Shown here: piece after piece, positions 28,467-41,200 of the stretch
Position numbering within the stretch: the stretch's first letter is position 1
How the letters are laid out: each line of letters begins with the position of its first letter
IMG/VR virus record: IMGVR_UViG_3300045738_002037
Location: 64,001-128,000 of that record
DNA length: 64,000 nucleotides
Source: a virus
Direction: 5' to 3' (one strand)
The notes under the pieces: model-generated
What the model saw: the letters and a program-made list of their open reading frames with translations, nothing else
What the model was told of the DNA's origin: nothing
Databases searched by the model: none
Program-made: the position numbers and the translations under genes

Positions 28467-29360
28467 CTAAAAGGAATAGATAGCAGCATTATAATTCTTA
28501 TTATTGGATACTTCCACCATTTCATAATTATCATCCAATTGATTGATCGCCGTTTTCAATAAATAAGCAGTAGCTCTATGCCTCTCAATTCTGGGATGGC
28601 CAGTGTTATCTTCGGTTAATTCGCTAAACTTTGTAACCACTAACTTACTTTTCCCAATATATTCACATCTAGATTTAACAAATTCTATATCATACCCCGC
28701 ATGCGCATACCATGAATACGGATAACGTTGATTATTGATCATATAAATAAATTTACATTTTAATCCATCATACAACATTTTTATATAAGCCCAATCAGAA
28801 TCAATTATTTTCCTTATAACTGCTTTAGGGGCGTCCCATGTCTTTCTATGATTTTCAAACCATATTGGGATATATGGAGGAGGCGGAGCATTACTATGCC
28901 ACGCAAATTCATTTTCATCATTGCCACAAGATTGGCGGAATATTTCTTCTGGCAAAAACACAGAAGGAGTCCTGTTTGGCTCCATTATTTGCAATATTAC
29001 AATATCGGGTTTAGCTTTTATATAATCAGATAATCTATACTTATAGTGAACATATGTTCCCCCGCCGCAAAGCCCACAATTCCATACATCATCATTCGGC
29101 AATAAAGATCCCAAAATAGATGGATACGCATGTTGCGGCCTTGCTATCTCAGGATTATCAGTTGATGCGGCGCGGCCCACGTCGGCAGTTGTAAATGAAC
29201 AACCAATGCATAATATTCTTCTTTCTTTTCTATTTGGAGGCTTTGGATTTTTTATTAATTTAACAAACAAGTCCCCGGATTTTACGTGGGACGGGCCAGA
29301 GAATTTAGAGCCAGGGTTAAAGTCTGGCATTATCAACGGATAATAGCAAGAATCATTCAT
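28467..29360 (-). CDS. SGNH/GDSL hydrolase-like protein
   Basis: CIGCSFT, NCGLCG, PDIVIL, DNTGHP. Confidence 0.7.
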   Translation of the reverse strand: MNDSCYYPLIMPDFNPGSKFSGPSHVKSGDLFVKLIKNPKPPNRKERRILCIGCSFTTADVGRAASTDNPEIARPQHAYPSILGSLLPNDDVWNCGLCGGGTYVHYKYRLSDYIKAKPDIVILQIMEPNRTPSVFLPEEIFRQSCGNDENEFAWHSNAPPPPYIPIWFENHRKTWDAPKAVIRKIIDSDWAYIKMLYDGLKCKFIYMINNQRYPYSWYAHAGYDIEFVKSRCEYIGKSKLVVTKFSELTEDNTGHPRIERHRATAYLLKTAINQLDDNYEMVEVSNNKNYNAAIYSF

Positions 29361-29718
29361 CCTCTTCGCACAGCCCTTTTATAATATCGTTTATATCAGC
29401 ATATTCTATATCATCATCATTCATAACTTCGCTGGGCAACGCCGGGTCTATTAAAACGTCTGTAACACCGCCCAATAAACTAATTGCTTCCAACACTTCA
29501 ACCGCTTTACTGGCCTCCGCACAAACTAATAAACTTAGCGTTCTAGATTCACCAAAATTTTCTCTCAAAAGGACATTCATCTGAGTTTGCCATAACCCAG
29601 CTTTTTCGGCATTTGTAAATATCGGCAATATAGCAACGCCATCTTTTTCATACGAAAACAATTTCTGATTCTTCACGAAATTGCCGTATCCAAAGACAAT
29701 CATCGGCATATTTAACAT
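29353..29718 (-). CDS. Hypothetical protein (SseB-like)
   Basis: LPIFTN...VLIDP pattern. Confidence 0.5.
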   Translation of the reverse strand: MLNMPMIVFGYGNFVKNQKLFSYEKDGVAILPIFTNAEKAGLWQTQMNVLLRENFGESRTLSLLVCAEASKAVEVLEAISLLGGVTDVLIDPALPSEVMNDDDIEYADINDIIKGLCEEDE

Positions 29719-29758
29719 GATGCACCTTAATTAATGCCAAATAACAAAATTGCATAAT

Positions 29759-30184
29759 TTATCTACAATCATCCTGCAAAGCAATAATGCTTACAGAATA
29801 ATCTGATACTAACAATACGCCCTGTTGAGTCACCAAAGTCAATTGGCCTTGCACGCCGTTTCTCTTTGTGAATATTAACGGAATACCATAGCGTTCCAGA
29901 TCACATTCATGGACTATCTTCCCAGGACCATAAGACACAGCGCCGGTTAACGTAATTCTCTTAAACGGTATGCATCCCGGAACATTTACAGGATATCTCT
30001 TATGAATAACGATTTTAACATTATAGATATTTGTTATTATTAATTTGTTTCTATGTATAAATGCAAAAGTAAAATCTTCTAAAATATTAGGAACTCCATG
30101 CTTCTCATATTCTTCTGGAGTAATAATTTTAACATCACTAAACGACTGCCCGTCTGTCAACGAAATTAATGCGGCTTTATACAT
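29759..30184 (-). CDS. Hypothetical protein with two internal repeat halves
   Basis: EKHGVP / ERYGIP. Confidence 0.6.
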   Translation of the reverse strand: MYKAALISLTDGQSFSDVKIITPEEYEKHGVPNILEDFTFAFIHRNKLIITNIYNVKIVIHKRYPVNVPGCIPFKRITLTGAVSYGPGKIVHECDLERYGIPLIFTKRNGVQGQLTLVTQQGVLLVSDYSVSIIALQDDCR

Positions 30185-30273
30185 ATTATATCTCGAAAAT
30201 TGATTTTAATAACTTTATATTATTTTTATAACAGTAGTTGAAGGCGATTTAGCCAACAAATAAAACGGCAACA

Positions 30274-30954
30274 TTACTCATTAAGCCCTTCTTGAGCTTT
30301 TTCTTCCACATAATCCTTAAAATATTTATGCAATATTGTGTTTAATTCATCAAAATCAACAGCAACAATATCAAATATGCTATGTTTTTCGGCGATACCG
30401 GCGGGAATCGTCCCGTCCCGCACGGGGCGATTTGTGCCATCTCGCGGAAGACCTGCCAGAGGACCATTTTTCGCATATAATGGTTCATAATTTATGGCTG
30501 TTACTTTACAGTCAGTTAATTCATTATAATCAGGCGATCCTGGGTAATCATAAGTCGAAGGTTCGCCAGGCTGATGATCCCAGTCCAATTCATACTCTAG
30601 ATGATAAATAGCATCGCTAGCGTATTCATCTTCTATATTATCTAACGGGTTAGTCTTATCTTGCTGTGTCTTATCTTGCTGTGTTTTTCTTTTTAAAGGC
30701 ACAGGCACAGCAGGATACTCCGGCACATATCCAATTTCTTCAATATCAATAGTATTAGAAGGACGCGTCCAGCCACTTTGTTCGTCTCGACCAGCATCTT
30801 CGTCTCGATCACCATATTCGTCTCGATCAGACCTCGAAACCGCGAACTCGTCAGCGTCTTCAAGATCTTTATATTCAGAATTAAACTTATCCGGATCTTC
30901 CGTAATGAACATAGCAAGTTGATCGATAGTCTTCTTATCTATTTTCTTATTCAT
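30274..30954 (-). CDS. Acidic protein with ITEDP leader
   Basis: IDQLAMFITEDPDKFN; internal NPLDNIED. Confidence 0.7.
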   Translation of the reverse strand: MNKKIDKKTIDQLAMFITEDPDKFNSEYKDLEDADEFAVSRSDRDEYGDRDEDAGRDEQSGWTRPSNTIDIEEIGYVPEYPAVPVPLKRKTQQDKTQQDKTNPLDNIEDEYASDAIYHLEYELDWDHQPGEPSTYDYPGSPDYNELTDCKVTAINYEPLYAKNGPLAGLPRDGTNRPVRDGTIPAGIAEKHSIFDIVAVDFDELNTILHKYFKDYVEEKAQEGLNE

Positions 30955-30984
30955 TTTATGAAAGCCTCAATAAACACAGCTTCA

Positions 30985-31668
30985 TTAAATTTCCTGAGCT
31001 ATAATGTCCCCTTCATATCCCCTATTAATACTTCTACCGGGACGTCCTTCTTTACCTGGCCTCTTAGCACCCTTCGAATAATATGTAGGCTTTAAGCCTT
31101 TTGATCTATGATAAAGTTCATTAGACAAAGCTCTTAAAAGTTTTGCGTAGTCATTGTCCTCGCCATACATCCATGAAGGTTTGTTTCCTAAAGCCTTTTT
31201 TTCTGGGTCCGACAATCTTTTAAGAAGGGCAACTGTCCAATCGTAAACAACTTCGTATTTCTCTTCCCAGTCTCGTTGTTTATCTGTAGTTTCGGGGTGA
31301 TGACCCCATTTACCTTGCGTATCAGCAGCAGACATCGTAGCGGGCACATCGTCTTGCGCATCAGCAGCAGACATCGCATCAGCTACTTCTTCAGAATCGC
31401 CGCTCGGTTCTGCCTCTGCCTCTTTATCCTTTTTACCCCAACCTAACTTTTTCTTTGCCCAGTCTAACGGCCCTTCATTGATCAATGCGTCAGTGTCTTC
31501 AGATAAAACACGAACCACACCTACCATATTATGCCATGCGACGGCCTCAGCAAGCTCGTCAATAGAATCAGAATATTTTACAAGAGTGCACTGAAGATGA
31601 TTAAACTTTGCGGGTTCATCGCTAATCATAGACGCGATAAGACTAGGATCAATCTTTCTGTTTTGCAT
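30985..31668 (-). CDS. Protein with ITEDP-like leader
   Basis: KIDPSLIASMISDEP; internal LINEGPLD. Confidence 0.7.
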   Translation of the reverse strand: MQNRKIDPSLIASMISDEPAKFNHLQCTLVKYSDSIDELAEAVAWHNMVGVVRVLSEDTDALINEGPLDWAKKKLGWGKKDKEAEAEPSGDSEEVADAMSAADAQDDVPATMSAADTQGKWGHHPETTDKQRDWEEKYEVVYDWTVALLKRLSDPEKKALGNKPSWMYGEDNDYAKLLRALSNELYHRSKGLKPTYYSKGAKRPGKEGRPGRSINRGYEGDIIAQEI

Positions 31669-31837
31669 TTTTCTTTTCCTTTTTATTGCTTAAACCCATC
31701 TTTTTAATGTATTCGTCCCTTTGTTTAGGGTCCACCAAAAAAGATAAGCGTTCATCATCTCCTTCATCACCAACAATGCTGTTGGGATAATTAGCTATTA
31801 CTTTCCAATGACCTTCCAAAATACGATTTAATTTCAT
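31649..31837 (-). CDS. Small protein with MKLxxILE leader
   Basis: MKLNRILEG. Confidence 0.55.
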   Translation of the reverse strand: MKLNRILEGHWKVIANYPNSIVGDEGDDERLSFLVDPKQRDEYIKKMGLSNKKEKKNAKQKD

Positions 31838-32220
31838 TACGATGTAGACAAAGAAACAACTGGGTCAACAGCATGATTGGCGTACCCCGCAGAGCCAACC
31901 TGTAACAGCCCTGGCAATCGTAACCATTCTTGTTGACCATGATTCCAACCAGTTTGCTGGCCGGAACCACTTTCGAGTCGAGTTACAGACTCACCGGTTA
32001 AAGCTGCCTGAGCTTCTGCCGTTGTAACCCTGGCTTTATCATCTTTAACTACAGTAATGTTCGATGGATATGCTATTTTGCCTTCTTTGTTTGGCGGCAC
32101 TTGCACAAAACCATTAATAATTGGAAAATCCCTGTATATGTAAATATTAGCCATATTATTTTTCCCTATGTGTTTAAACATCTCCCCATGTGATTCATAA
32201 TTTATGTTTGGTCGGGCCAA
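31837..32220 (-). CDS. Hypothetical (putative virion) protein
   Basis: Directly downstream of the giant ORF. Confidence 0.6.
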   Translation of the reverse strand: MARPNINYESHGEMFKHIGKNNMANIYIYRDFPIINGFVQVPPNKEGKIAYPSNITVVKDDKARVTTAEAQAALTGESVTRLESGSGQQTGWNHGQQEWLRLPGLLQVGSAGYANHAVDPVVSLSTS

Positions 32221-35200
32221 CGCATACGATCTGGAAGTATTTCTCTAGATGTTATACGGTCCAAAATTAAGCCCTCTCTTCTACTAACATCCATAGACTT
32301 ATCGACCAAAATAATGCTCATGCCCGTGGCCACTACAGTATCATATGATGTAGCCCGTAACCTATTACCTACCCTTAAATAAGGAGCATACTTATTCACG
32401 TCATATCCTTTAGCCCTGGTTAATAATTTAACTGTTGCAAGTGACCCTTCATATGTTCTATTTGGATCAAACAAATCCCTTTCTAACTCCAACCGTACGC
32501 TTTTATTGGCGGTTAGAACTAACGCACAGGGTTCTACAATAACTTCTTCAAAATCTTTAGGATCAGGCACATATTTCTCGGGATAATCATAAGGCGGAGG
32601 CGGAACAAAATCCAAGCAAATTTCCGTCTGCAATGCCTCTGGTAAACAAGAACTCCCAAACCCAGACCCAGAAATATTACCTAATATAACACCTCCATCA
32701 GAAGCATTAGTGGATATATCTGGCTCTTCGGTAGTCGTGGATGAAGTAGTTGTCGTATGAGGAACAATCTCATCGCATATTTCTAATTCTAATTCTAAAG
32801 ACATAGACAACAATTTCGTGCCATTATATCTAGGCGCTGAGTCTTGCGCCTCCGGATTATCTTCACAATCCGGATAATTAGGACAAACAATACCGCCTAA
32901 AAGTAATGGACGAGCATTGCCATTATTGAAATCAATGGGCACAATCCCACCGTAAAAAACTGTTGAAATTTTATCACAAAGTCTTATTGACCTACCGGCA
33001 AGATCATTCGCATCATATGGGTCAATACCGTCAATAATTGGATGGCCACTTATGGGTCTAGCTTGCCACGTGCCAGCATTTGTAACTCTGTCTTGCGGGT
33101 CTGGCCGCATCTTGGTACCCAATGCTTCCAATATAGCACGTGCGCGGCTAGTGTCAGCAACCTCGTATTCATATACCACAACCACTCTGCGACCTTCACC
33201 TAACAGCATCCAATTTTTAATATTCTGAACATCATCTGGGCTAAGCACTGTAAGTGGATCTATCATGACAAGTTTGGCAAAAGCCAAATCTCTGCCATTC
33301 GAATCAGTGCCAGATATCGGGCCAACATGCCCGCCTTTAACATACAAACCTTGAGCAGCTGGAAATAAATTCCGTGACCCAAAAACCCGCAGCATATTAA
33401 TCGGATAATTTCTGTCATTTTCAGCAAATGATTTATACCCCACAACATTAACAACACTGGCGCTTGCTCCTACTGTTGGATTGCATTCCGGATAGAGATT
33501 GACCATAAATTGTTGGTTTTCTCGATTATTTGCAAGTCCCGAAAGCCCCGTTTGGCCGCCGCGACTAAAAGATTCATACATCAAAAAGGTAGTATCCGCT
33601 ATAAGAACCACTTCGCCTAAAATATCACCGCCGTCAGACAGCGGTATTGTTTCTACTGCCGCAATAATATTATTGGCCCCGCCAACAGATGCCCTACTCC
33701 AAGATAGCCTTCTAATTCCAACAAATAAACCATTCAACCTATCGCAGCTACCATCAAAAACTTCCGGGCAGACATCTATTTTGTTGTCGTGCGTCACGCG
33801 GACATCGCGATCTTCCGCCCATGTCGACGGCAATTGTCGCGGGTTAATATCAGAACTTCTTGATATAGTTCTTCTAAAATGTTCAGCCGCAAAGAAGCTG
33901 TGATTTGGGTTTCTACATGGCGATGGATACACTTTGCTAATTTCAAACTGATCTATTGCACACGGCTCCCCATATGGGCTATAATTATGTATATCCTTAT
34001 ACAATGTTATTTCTGTGCCTATGCCATCGGACGGCAACAAATCAAATTGTTGTTGTTGAATATTGTCAAATTTCAATGTTAATGTTGCTTTGTTAATAGC
34101 AATAACTTCATTCCAATTCACATCAACATGTGGTCCGGAATTATCTCCAGGATTCATGTCAACACCATTGAAACCAATTATCAATTCACGTTCTGCAAAA
34201 ATTTGGCCCCAACTTTGCACAAATTTACCATCATCAGGGTCAATAATATTTGGATAAAACGGACCGATGCCATTATTAACCACTGTGCCATTAGACAGTG
34301 TATTATATCCACTAAGCCCAGACCAGACTAATCCCGGAACTGTCATTCTTTCATCATTATTATGATCAGCAGCACTTCCAGTCGTGACAATTGGATTTAT
34401 TAAACAACTACCAGCGGGGCTGCATGTTTCAGTGGGCGAATCCCTAAAGAAATCAGCATGCGGTTTAAGAATTACATTGACTACCTCACACACGAAAGGT
34501 AAATAATCACCTTGTCCGCTAAACTCCGCAACTGGCGTTTCTAATACACCAATGCCGTTTCGTGAATTAGAATCAGGAGGCATTGTGGTAGTGGTAGTAG
34601 TAGTACCATCAACCGGGCCAACTAATTGAGCTTCAACCAAATCAATAAGTAAATGGTATCCGGGAACATACGGGCCATAAGGAGCATTTACGTGTGTCCC
34701 GCCTTCTCCGGTCCATGTAGAATTATAAACTAATTTAGTTCCATCTGACGAAACAATTAAATTCGGCTTAGCATAAAACGGATCCGCAAAACTATCGGTA
34801 GAAGGATCATATCCGTCCTTACCAACTATATGATTCCCATTAGGCCCAATCGGTACTGGATCTAATGTACTGGGATCATATATTCTGCTGACCAAATCAT
34901 AAGTTGGGTATCCGCCAACAGCATCTTCCCAGCCTGCTTTTGTTTCACTTCCTTGCTCGAGACCCAACAGTATTCCGCCAGTTAGGTTTAATAATTCATT
35001 TTTAATTCTATCATCAATGCTGTCGCCGCCACTATAAGCTACGCCATTAAATGATGACCTAGAAGTATTGGCACCAACATCATTTAGCAAAATAGAATAG
35101 TTATCAACTTTAAGCACCGCTGATGTTATTAAATCTAAATCCGTATCTTTATTTAACCAATCATTTAACCCGGTCGCCGCATAACTGTTTACAAAAGATG

Positions 35201-38200
35201 TTACCGGCGTTCCCGAAATTCCGTTCCAAGGAGGATCACTCCTACGAGCATCAATTGACACATCATAATCAAACCCACCATCTCCTGTCAGATGTGCATT
35301 TTTAATCAACTCATTATCATTTAAATAGATAGCAATCGTTTCAGCCGACTGGCTTCTTACATACAATAAACCTGTAAAATCTGTACCGTCATGGCTATAC
35401 TCGTTGCCGCCTTCTAAATTAGATAATCTATTTTTCCTATAAGCCTTCGTGAAAAGACCAGGAACAACTATATTTCCAAGCATGGCAAGTTGTGGTCCAG
35501 ACAAGCCTGCGCCAGAAACCGATGCCGCATGGAACTGCGGATTATAAATAATAGAATTAACACATATTGCGCTATTGGCCATTTGACCCTGCGCACGGGC
35601 TGACGTATTATCGAATGGCCCAGCGACTCCAATGTGGGCATACAAACACCTTTTAACCAATATATGATTTGACCCAGTTTCCGCGTCCGCTGCTGACATT
35701 AATAAACCCGGTGCCCCGGTCGGGGAACTCAATCCTTCAGAAATTATGCAATTCTGGAACGTTATATAACGACATGTTGAACCCGCAACGGTCGAAGGCT
35801 GTATTTTAGCACAAGCTTGAAGGCCCCATGACAGTGAACAATGGTCAATCAAAATATTTTCTATAGTAGGGTCTGGGCCATGAGCAATAACCCCCAACGC
35901 TACGCCTTGGCCGGTGGCTTCAATCCCAGTAGATGCTTTATCATGGTCCCCGTGCCTAATATAAATATTTCTAATTAAAACATTAGATGCTCTAACAAGC
36001 AGCGCAGTTCCAATTATCGTAATGCCGGGGTCTGGAGCAGTTTCACCGGCGACAACACAATTTGGAATGTCAATATTGATCGGCAGGATTACGTCCCTGC
36101 CCGCACTTTCTCCTTGTAATTCATCGGCATTCCTAAAATCAATGACGCCGCCAACTTCAAACACAATTATTCTTGGCCCTTGAGTCGTTAATGCTTCATA
36201 TAGCGATCCCGGCCCTGTTGGCGATAAGGTAGTCACTTTCAGAACATTAACATCGCTGACATCAGAAAATTCAGTTGAAATATTACCTTCGGGTTCAGGC
36301 AATACCACTGCTGGTTTACCACCTGACCCAGGAACCCCCTTGGTCCACGCATTCGTTCTAGTGTGCGTTAACCGCACCATGCCGACATTCGGATCTTCTA
36401 CATTGTAAGCAACAATTTCATCTCTATATAAACCACCAGTTATGTTAATAGTGTTGTCGGCATTATATTCTCTATCCGGGCCATAGGCTACAAACGCATA
36501 CGCGGCGTGAAGTGTGCTAAAATCTCTCCTACCGCCAGACCGCAGTCTAATCGGATTTTGCAAACCGGTTATATCGTAAATTTTAGCTTCGTATTGTTGA
36601 GACTCAAATTTAACACTCGTTGGATTAGACAATGCCGCCCAATTGTCGGGACAACTCCAAAAACCTTTCCTTGGATTTATTTCATAGCTAACGCGATCTT
36701 CAAATTCACTACTTTTAGTACAATTAAGAACAACTATACGACCAATTCTACCATTAGGATAAATATCATCTTTGCTATCATATAATGGTATAACACCGCC
36801 AGCAATATGGCGTAAAAGATCAGCATCTTGCAATTGGACATCAAAAGCTGGCATCACAACTTTAGCTAATGCCACACCCGTGGCTGTGGCCGGTGGGCAT
36901 ACTTGTAACGATAAGATCACGCTGCCATCGCCGCCAAAACCAAATCGCTGGATATGATCCCCTTTGGCTATATCGGCAGTCCTTTCATAGGCCATGTGGT
37001 TAGCAACATAAACATACTGATTGTCTAAATCTAAAATAATATCATTGGGTGATTGTGGGCCAAGGCTATAATGATAATTAAATAGAACCCCGCGAGGAAG
37101 ACGAGAACCTACCGTAGAGACATCAGACCCATCAAAGTCTAATTTTAATATTTTCGCAGTTCCATGTTCAGGGTACCGATTGTCGTTGGTTCGCGGCGGA
37201 ATTGTCTCTACGGTACTAAGATAAATATGTTGATTTTTAACATCCAGATCAATGCCTCTTACATTATCGATCCCAGTTAAACCATCACGCAATATGACCT
37301 TGCTGCTTCCACTAAGATTAGCACGGCGCAATCGGCCAGGATAAGGACCATCGGCATCAGCTGTGGCGTATTCAGTCCAATACATATGCCCATTTTCAAG
37401 ATCCAGAGCAAGCCTCGATGGGCGATATAGTCCCAAATGCTCAAGCCGACTGGCACCACCATCAACTAACGGATGACCACTAGATCGCTTTGCCCGCCAG
37501 TTGCTGCTCGCTCCTACGTGGACATTTTTCACCGTTATACCAACATCTAATTGTTGAACTAAATCATGGTATGCGCTTCCAGTCTTATGGTTGGCAAAGT
37601 CAGAGTGATGGCCGCCAAGTATTACCAATCTTTTATGGCCCAGTGCCAGCCAATCCTTAAGACCACTTATATGATCTGAAGATAACGGAGTATTACCCCA
37701 TGGGTCTATGAACAACAAATCAATGCTGGCCGGAATTGGCCAAGAGAACACTTTTGTTTGACTGCCCGTCATATTCGGGGCAAATGAGTGAGATTTTCTA
37801 TATGCCTCGTACCCAGGGTCACCATAAGAATAATCGAATACCCCAGGACCGTCTTTTACAGGGTCACGTGCAACAGGTGCACCAAAATATCTTAATATGG
37901 TTCCTTCATAAACATCATGCTTCCTAGTTTCTCCAGAAGCTGTATCGGCGGACGTGTAAGGAGGGTAGGGGACCCGGTCAACGACGCCTATGCTGTCATA
38001 TGCCGGAGCATCATGGGGACGACGCTCACAAACAGGATGTAAATTACGTAAGAATTTTTGGTTGTCAATGTCAAAACCAAAATATCCAGAATCTGCGATA
38101 TATTTATCAAGAGCATGATTATTATTAAAACTGCAAGGTGATTGTGACGGATAATAATATTGCCCATTCCGGATGCACCGGTTTTGGCAATCTCGCTTAT

Positions 38201-41200
38201 AAGTGCGGAAAGCGGCGGCGGTCATCTGCCTTTTGGCGATCGCGAGTGCCGCATCACTGCAGTAGCCTTTATATATGTGATAACGTAAGCGCGTATTGTA
38301 TTGACCGATCACTGGACTTCGGGGAGGGCGATATATGTCTTGAACCAACCATTGCCTATCAAGCATCACCACTACTTCAGACACTTTATTAACGGGCATC
38401 CAAGATTGTTTACCAACTAGTTGTGACCCAGTAGAATCCTGTATTCCATAAAACAATGATTCAACGGCAGCAAAATGGTAATTGGGTTCAGGCTTGAATG
38501 GAAAAAAGGTAGTTTTTGTCGCAGTATATGTGTATCCCAACGGAGAAAGTTGAGTACCCGTAGAAAATAGCGCCTTAGGACCGGACTGCACATTTTCAAC
38601 TAAAATATTAGTAAGATCGACAGAAGCTGGGAAAGTTAATTTTGCAGAACCCCGCGATCCCGTTATCAATCGCAATGCACCGCTATAAACAATGCTTTCT
38701 ATTGATGAGCCAAGATTATAAGTTTTAATATCTGATATGATGTTATCAGTTGGGGCCGACTTAGAAGTAAAATAATTCGGAACCTCTTCAAGCGTCAACG
38801 ACTTTGATGATTGTAAAGGAGGATCAGTAGTAGTTAAAAGCTGCTCGCCGGAACCATCTAAATTGGCTCTTCTCACTTCCCCGCGTGCAGCGGAGTCATC
38901 CACATGATCTTCAAGCCAATACATCTTACCACGGACAACATCTAATGCTATGCCGTGAGGATTTATGCTTCTTCCTCCCGGCGGCGTTATATCTTCCACA
39001 TTTGTGCCGTCCAAGTCAGCACGCATTATCTTGCCAACAGACGGAACAGCACCTGCGGGATTAGGAATTGAAGAATTCTGAACCGACGTAGCAATTGTCC
39101 AATACATCTTTTGATTGATGTTGTCAATTGCTATATCCGTGGCACCATCTTGATCGCTCACTAATATTTCATCGTTTGGAGCATCAAGCCACTTATTCTT
39201 GCCCAATTCTAATCGTTCCGGGGGCCAACGACGTATAGTGTTGGGTAATCCGTTATTATCCGAGTTAGAAACATAGTAAAGTTTCTGAACTGTAATGTCC
39301 GGAACAGCAGTGGTAGTGGTAGTGGTAGTAGTCCGAACCAATCCCGTACAATCATAAGAATCCGCTATTGTAACATCGGCCCAACTGTCAGAAGCTATCG
39401 CTAAAAATTGATCTGGAGCAGCAGTCGTTATGTCTAAAAATTTCTGGCCATATGCAAATGATAAAGCACTAATCTGATTTAACGGTATAACACCTCTGGT
39501 AGCACCTCTGTCTGTTAACAAATGCCCGCCTTGATCAGTGCCTCTGCCATCCAACAGCCCAGTGTCTAAATAAGAAAAATTATGGGGTCTAATTCCATAA
39601 TCTTTATAATCTGCCACAGCATTTCCGCTAGTGCCGGGTCTATAAATAGGACCCACAAGGTTATCAACTACAGTTACTCCAGCGACAACAGCAGCAACGA
39701 GCGGTATGAGTGTACGGCGAGGTTGACCCGGCTCGCAGTTGTAACCAAAGGCTTTACTCTCAGCGCGATTTAACCATATGTGGGGATTGCAGTATGTCCC
39801 TTCTTGAATAATTTCAACTCTCCCCGTGGGTTCCATGTAGCGTGCGGGACGCGAACCGAAAACTGTTCGCAATCTATCATATGCTGCCAAATAATGAATA
39901 ATTTGATTTGTACCAGCAGGCGGTGTATTACCCTTTGTGCCGCTCCACTCAACATCGAAAACTACAGTATACACATCTGGACGACCAGGCCATCCACGCT
40001 CAACGATCTTGCTGCCAACCGACCGGCGGTAGGTTTCTGGCTTTCCCCGCGCTTTCACGTTGCTAACAAATCGAACCACGCATGCGTCCGGGTTCTCTGC
40101 CCACACACGATTACCATCAGTTGTGCTCCTATGGTAATTCAGCCCAGCTGGCGAGTAATTGTTAAACTGGCGCTCCATGTATTTTTCAAACTTGCTACTG
40201 GAATAATTATTTTGCCTGTCGTTGCCAGTCAAACCGCCAGCGCTACGAAACACGCTAGCTGGTATTATAGCAGTGCGGTCTGGATGATTTTTGTAACGTT
40301 TAAAAATCCTAAATGACGCATTCGAAGTATTCGACCAGCTAACTGTAAATCGCTGTATCTCATTTTGACCTACTAGAACGTTCGGTTTGCGGTCAACGCT
40401 CGGTTTGCGGCTATCATCCGCAAATGGCCGGGACCAAGAAGGATTCGTTGCTTTATAAGCAAAATCACCAACATCAAACATCCGCCATATGTCTCTACTT
40501 TTACCCTGAACATCAACGCCAGCATATTTTACAAGAACGTGCCTGCCATCTTGTGAAAATTGTAAAGATTCTTCATCCGGGCCGACGAAATAATTTGTTC
40601 CATCAACAGTGACAATATCCTGTCTGACATGAATCGTGCCGGGGTCTGATACTGACGCAAAAAGCTCAGTAGGCCAAAGCCCAGTATCTTGGCCGCCAAT
40701 TCCTGTAATGAATGATGTAGCGAAAGCAGGATGGTTATAATAGCTCTCGTATATTTCTCTTTCATTTACTCCTGACAAATTAAACGCAGCAATAACTTCT
40801 TCACCATAATCACTTGTTGTAGATTCTAGAATTGAATTAAGATTAATAATATAAAGCCATAGATCGCCGTTATATGCGCCATGTGCTGTAACAGGACGAT
40901 TTGTAACATTGTCCGTCCATGTGTCATTGCTGCCAGTGCTGCCCCCAGCAGCATCGCATCGAAGCCCACCGACAGTATCGCACGACCCATATGGCGTTCC
41001 TATAACCGCCATATATGATCTTTCTACACTCTCGCCATTGTCAAGAACCACAGTTTTGTGAACAGGAACACTGCTCGCGCAATTTAAAATATAAAAAGGA
41101 AATCTTTTTCTCTTTTTAACTGGCGTTTCACCATCAGTGTCAAGTTTAATAACTTTTAATATTCTTCTGTCATTTGCATCTATCCCAACAGTAAGATTCT

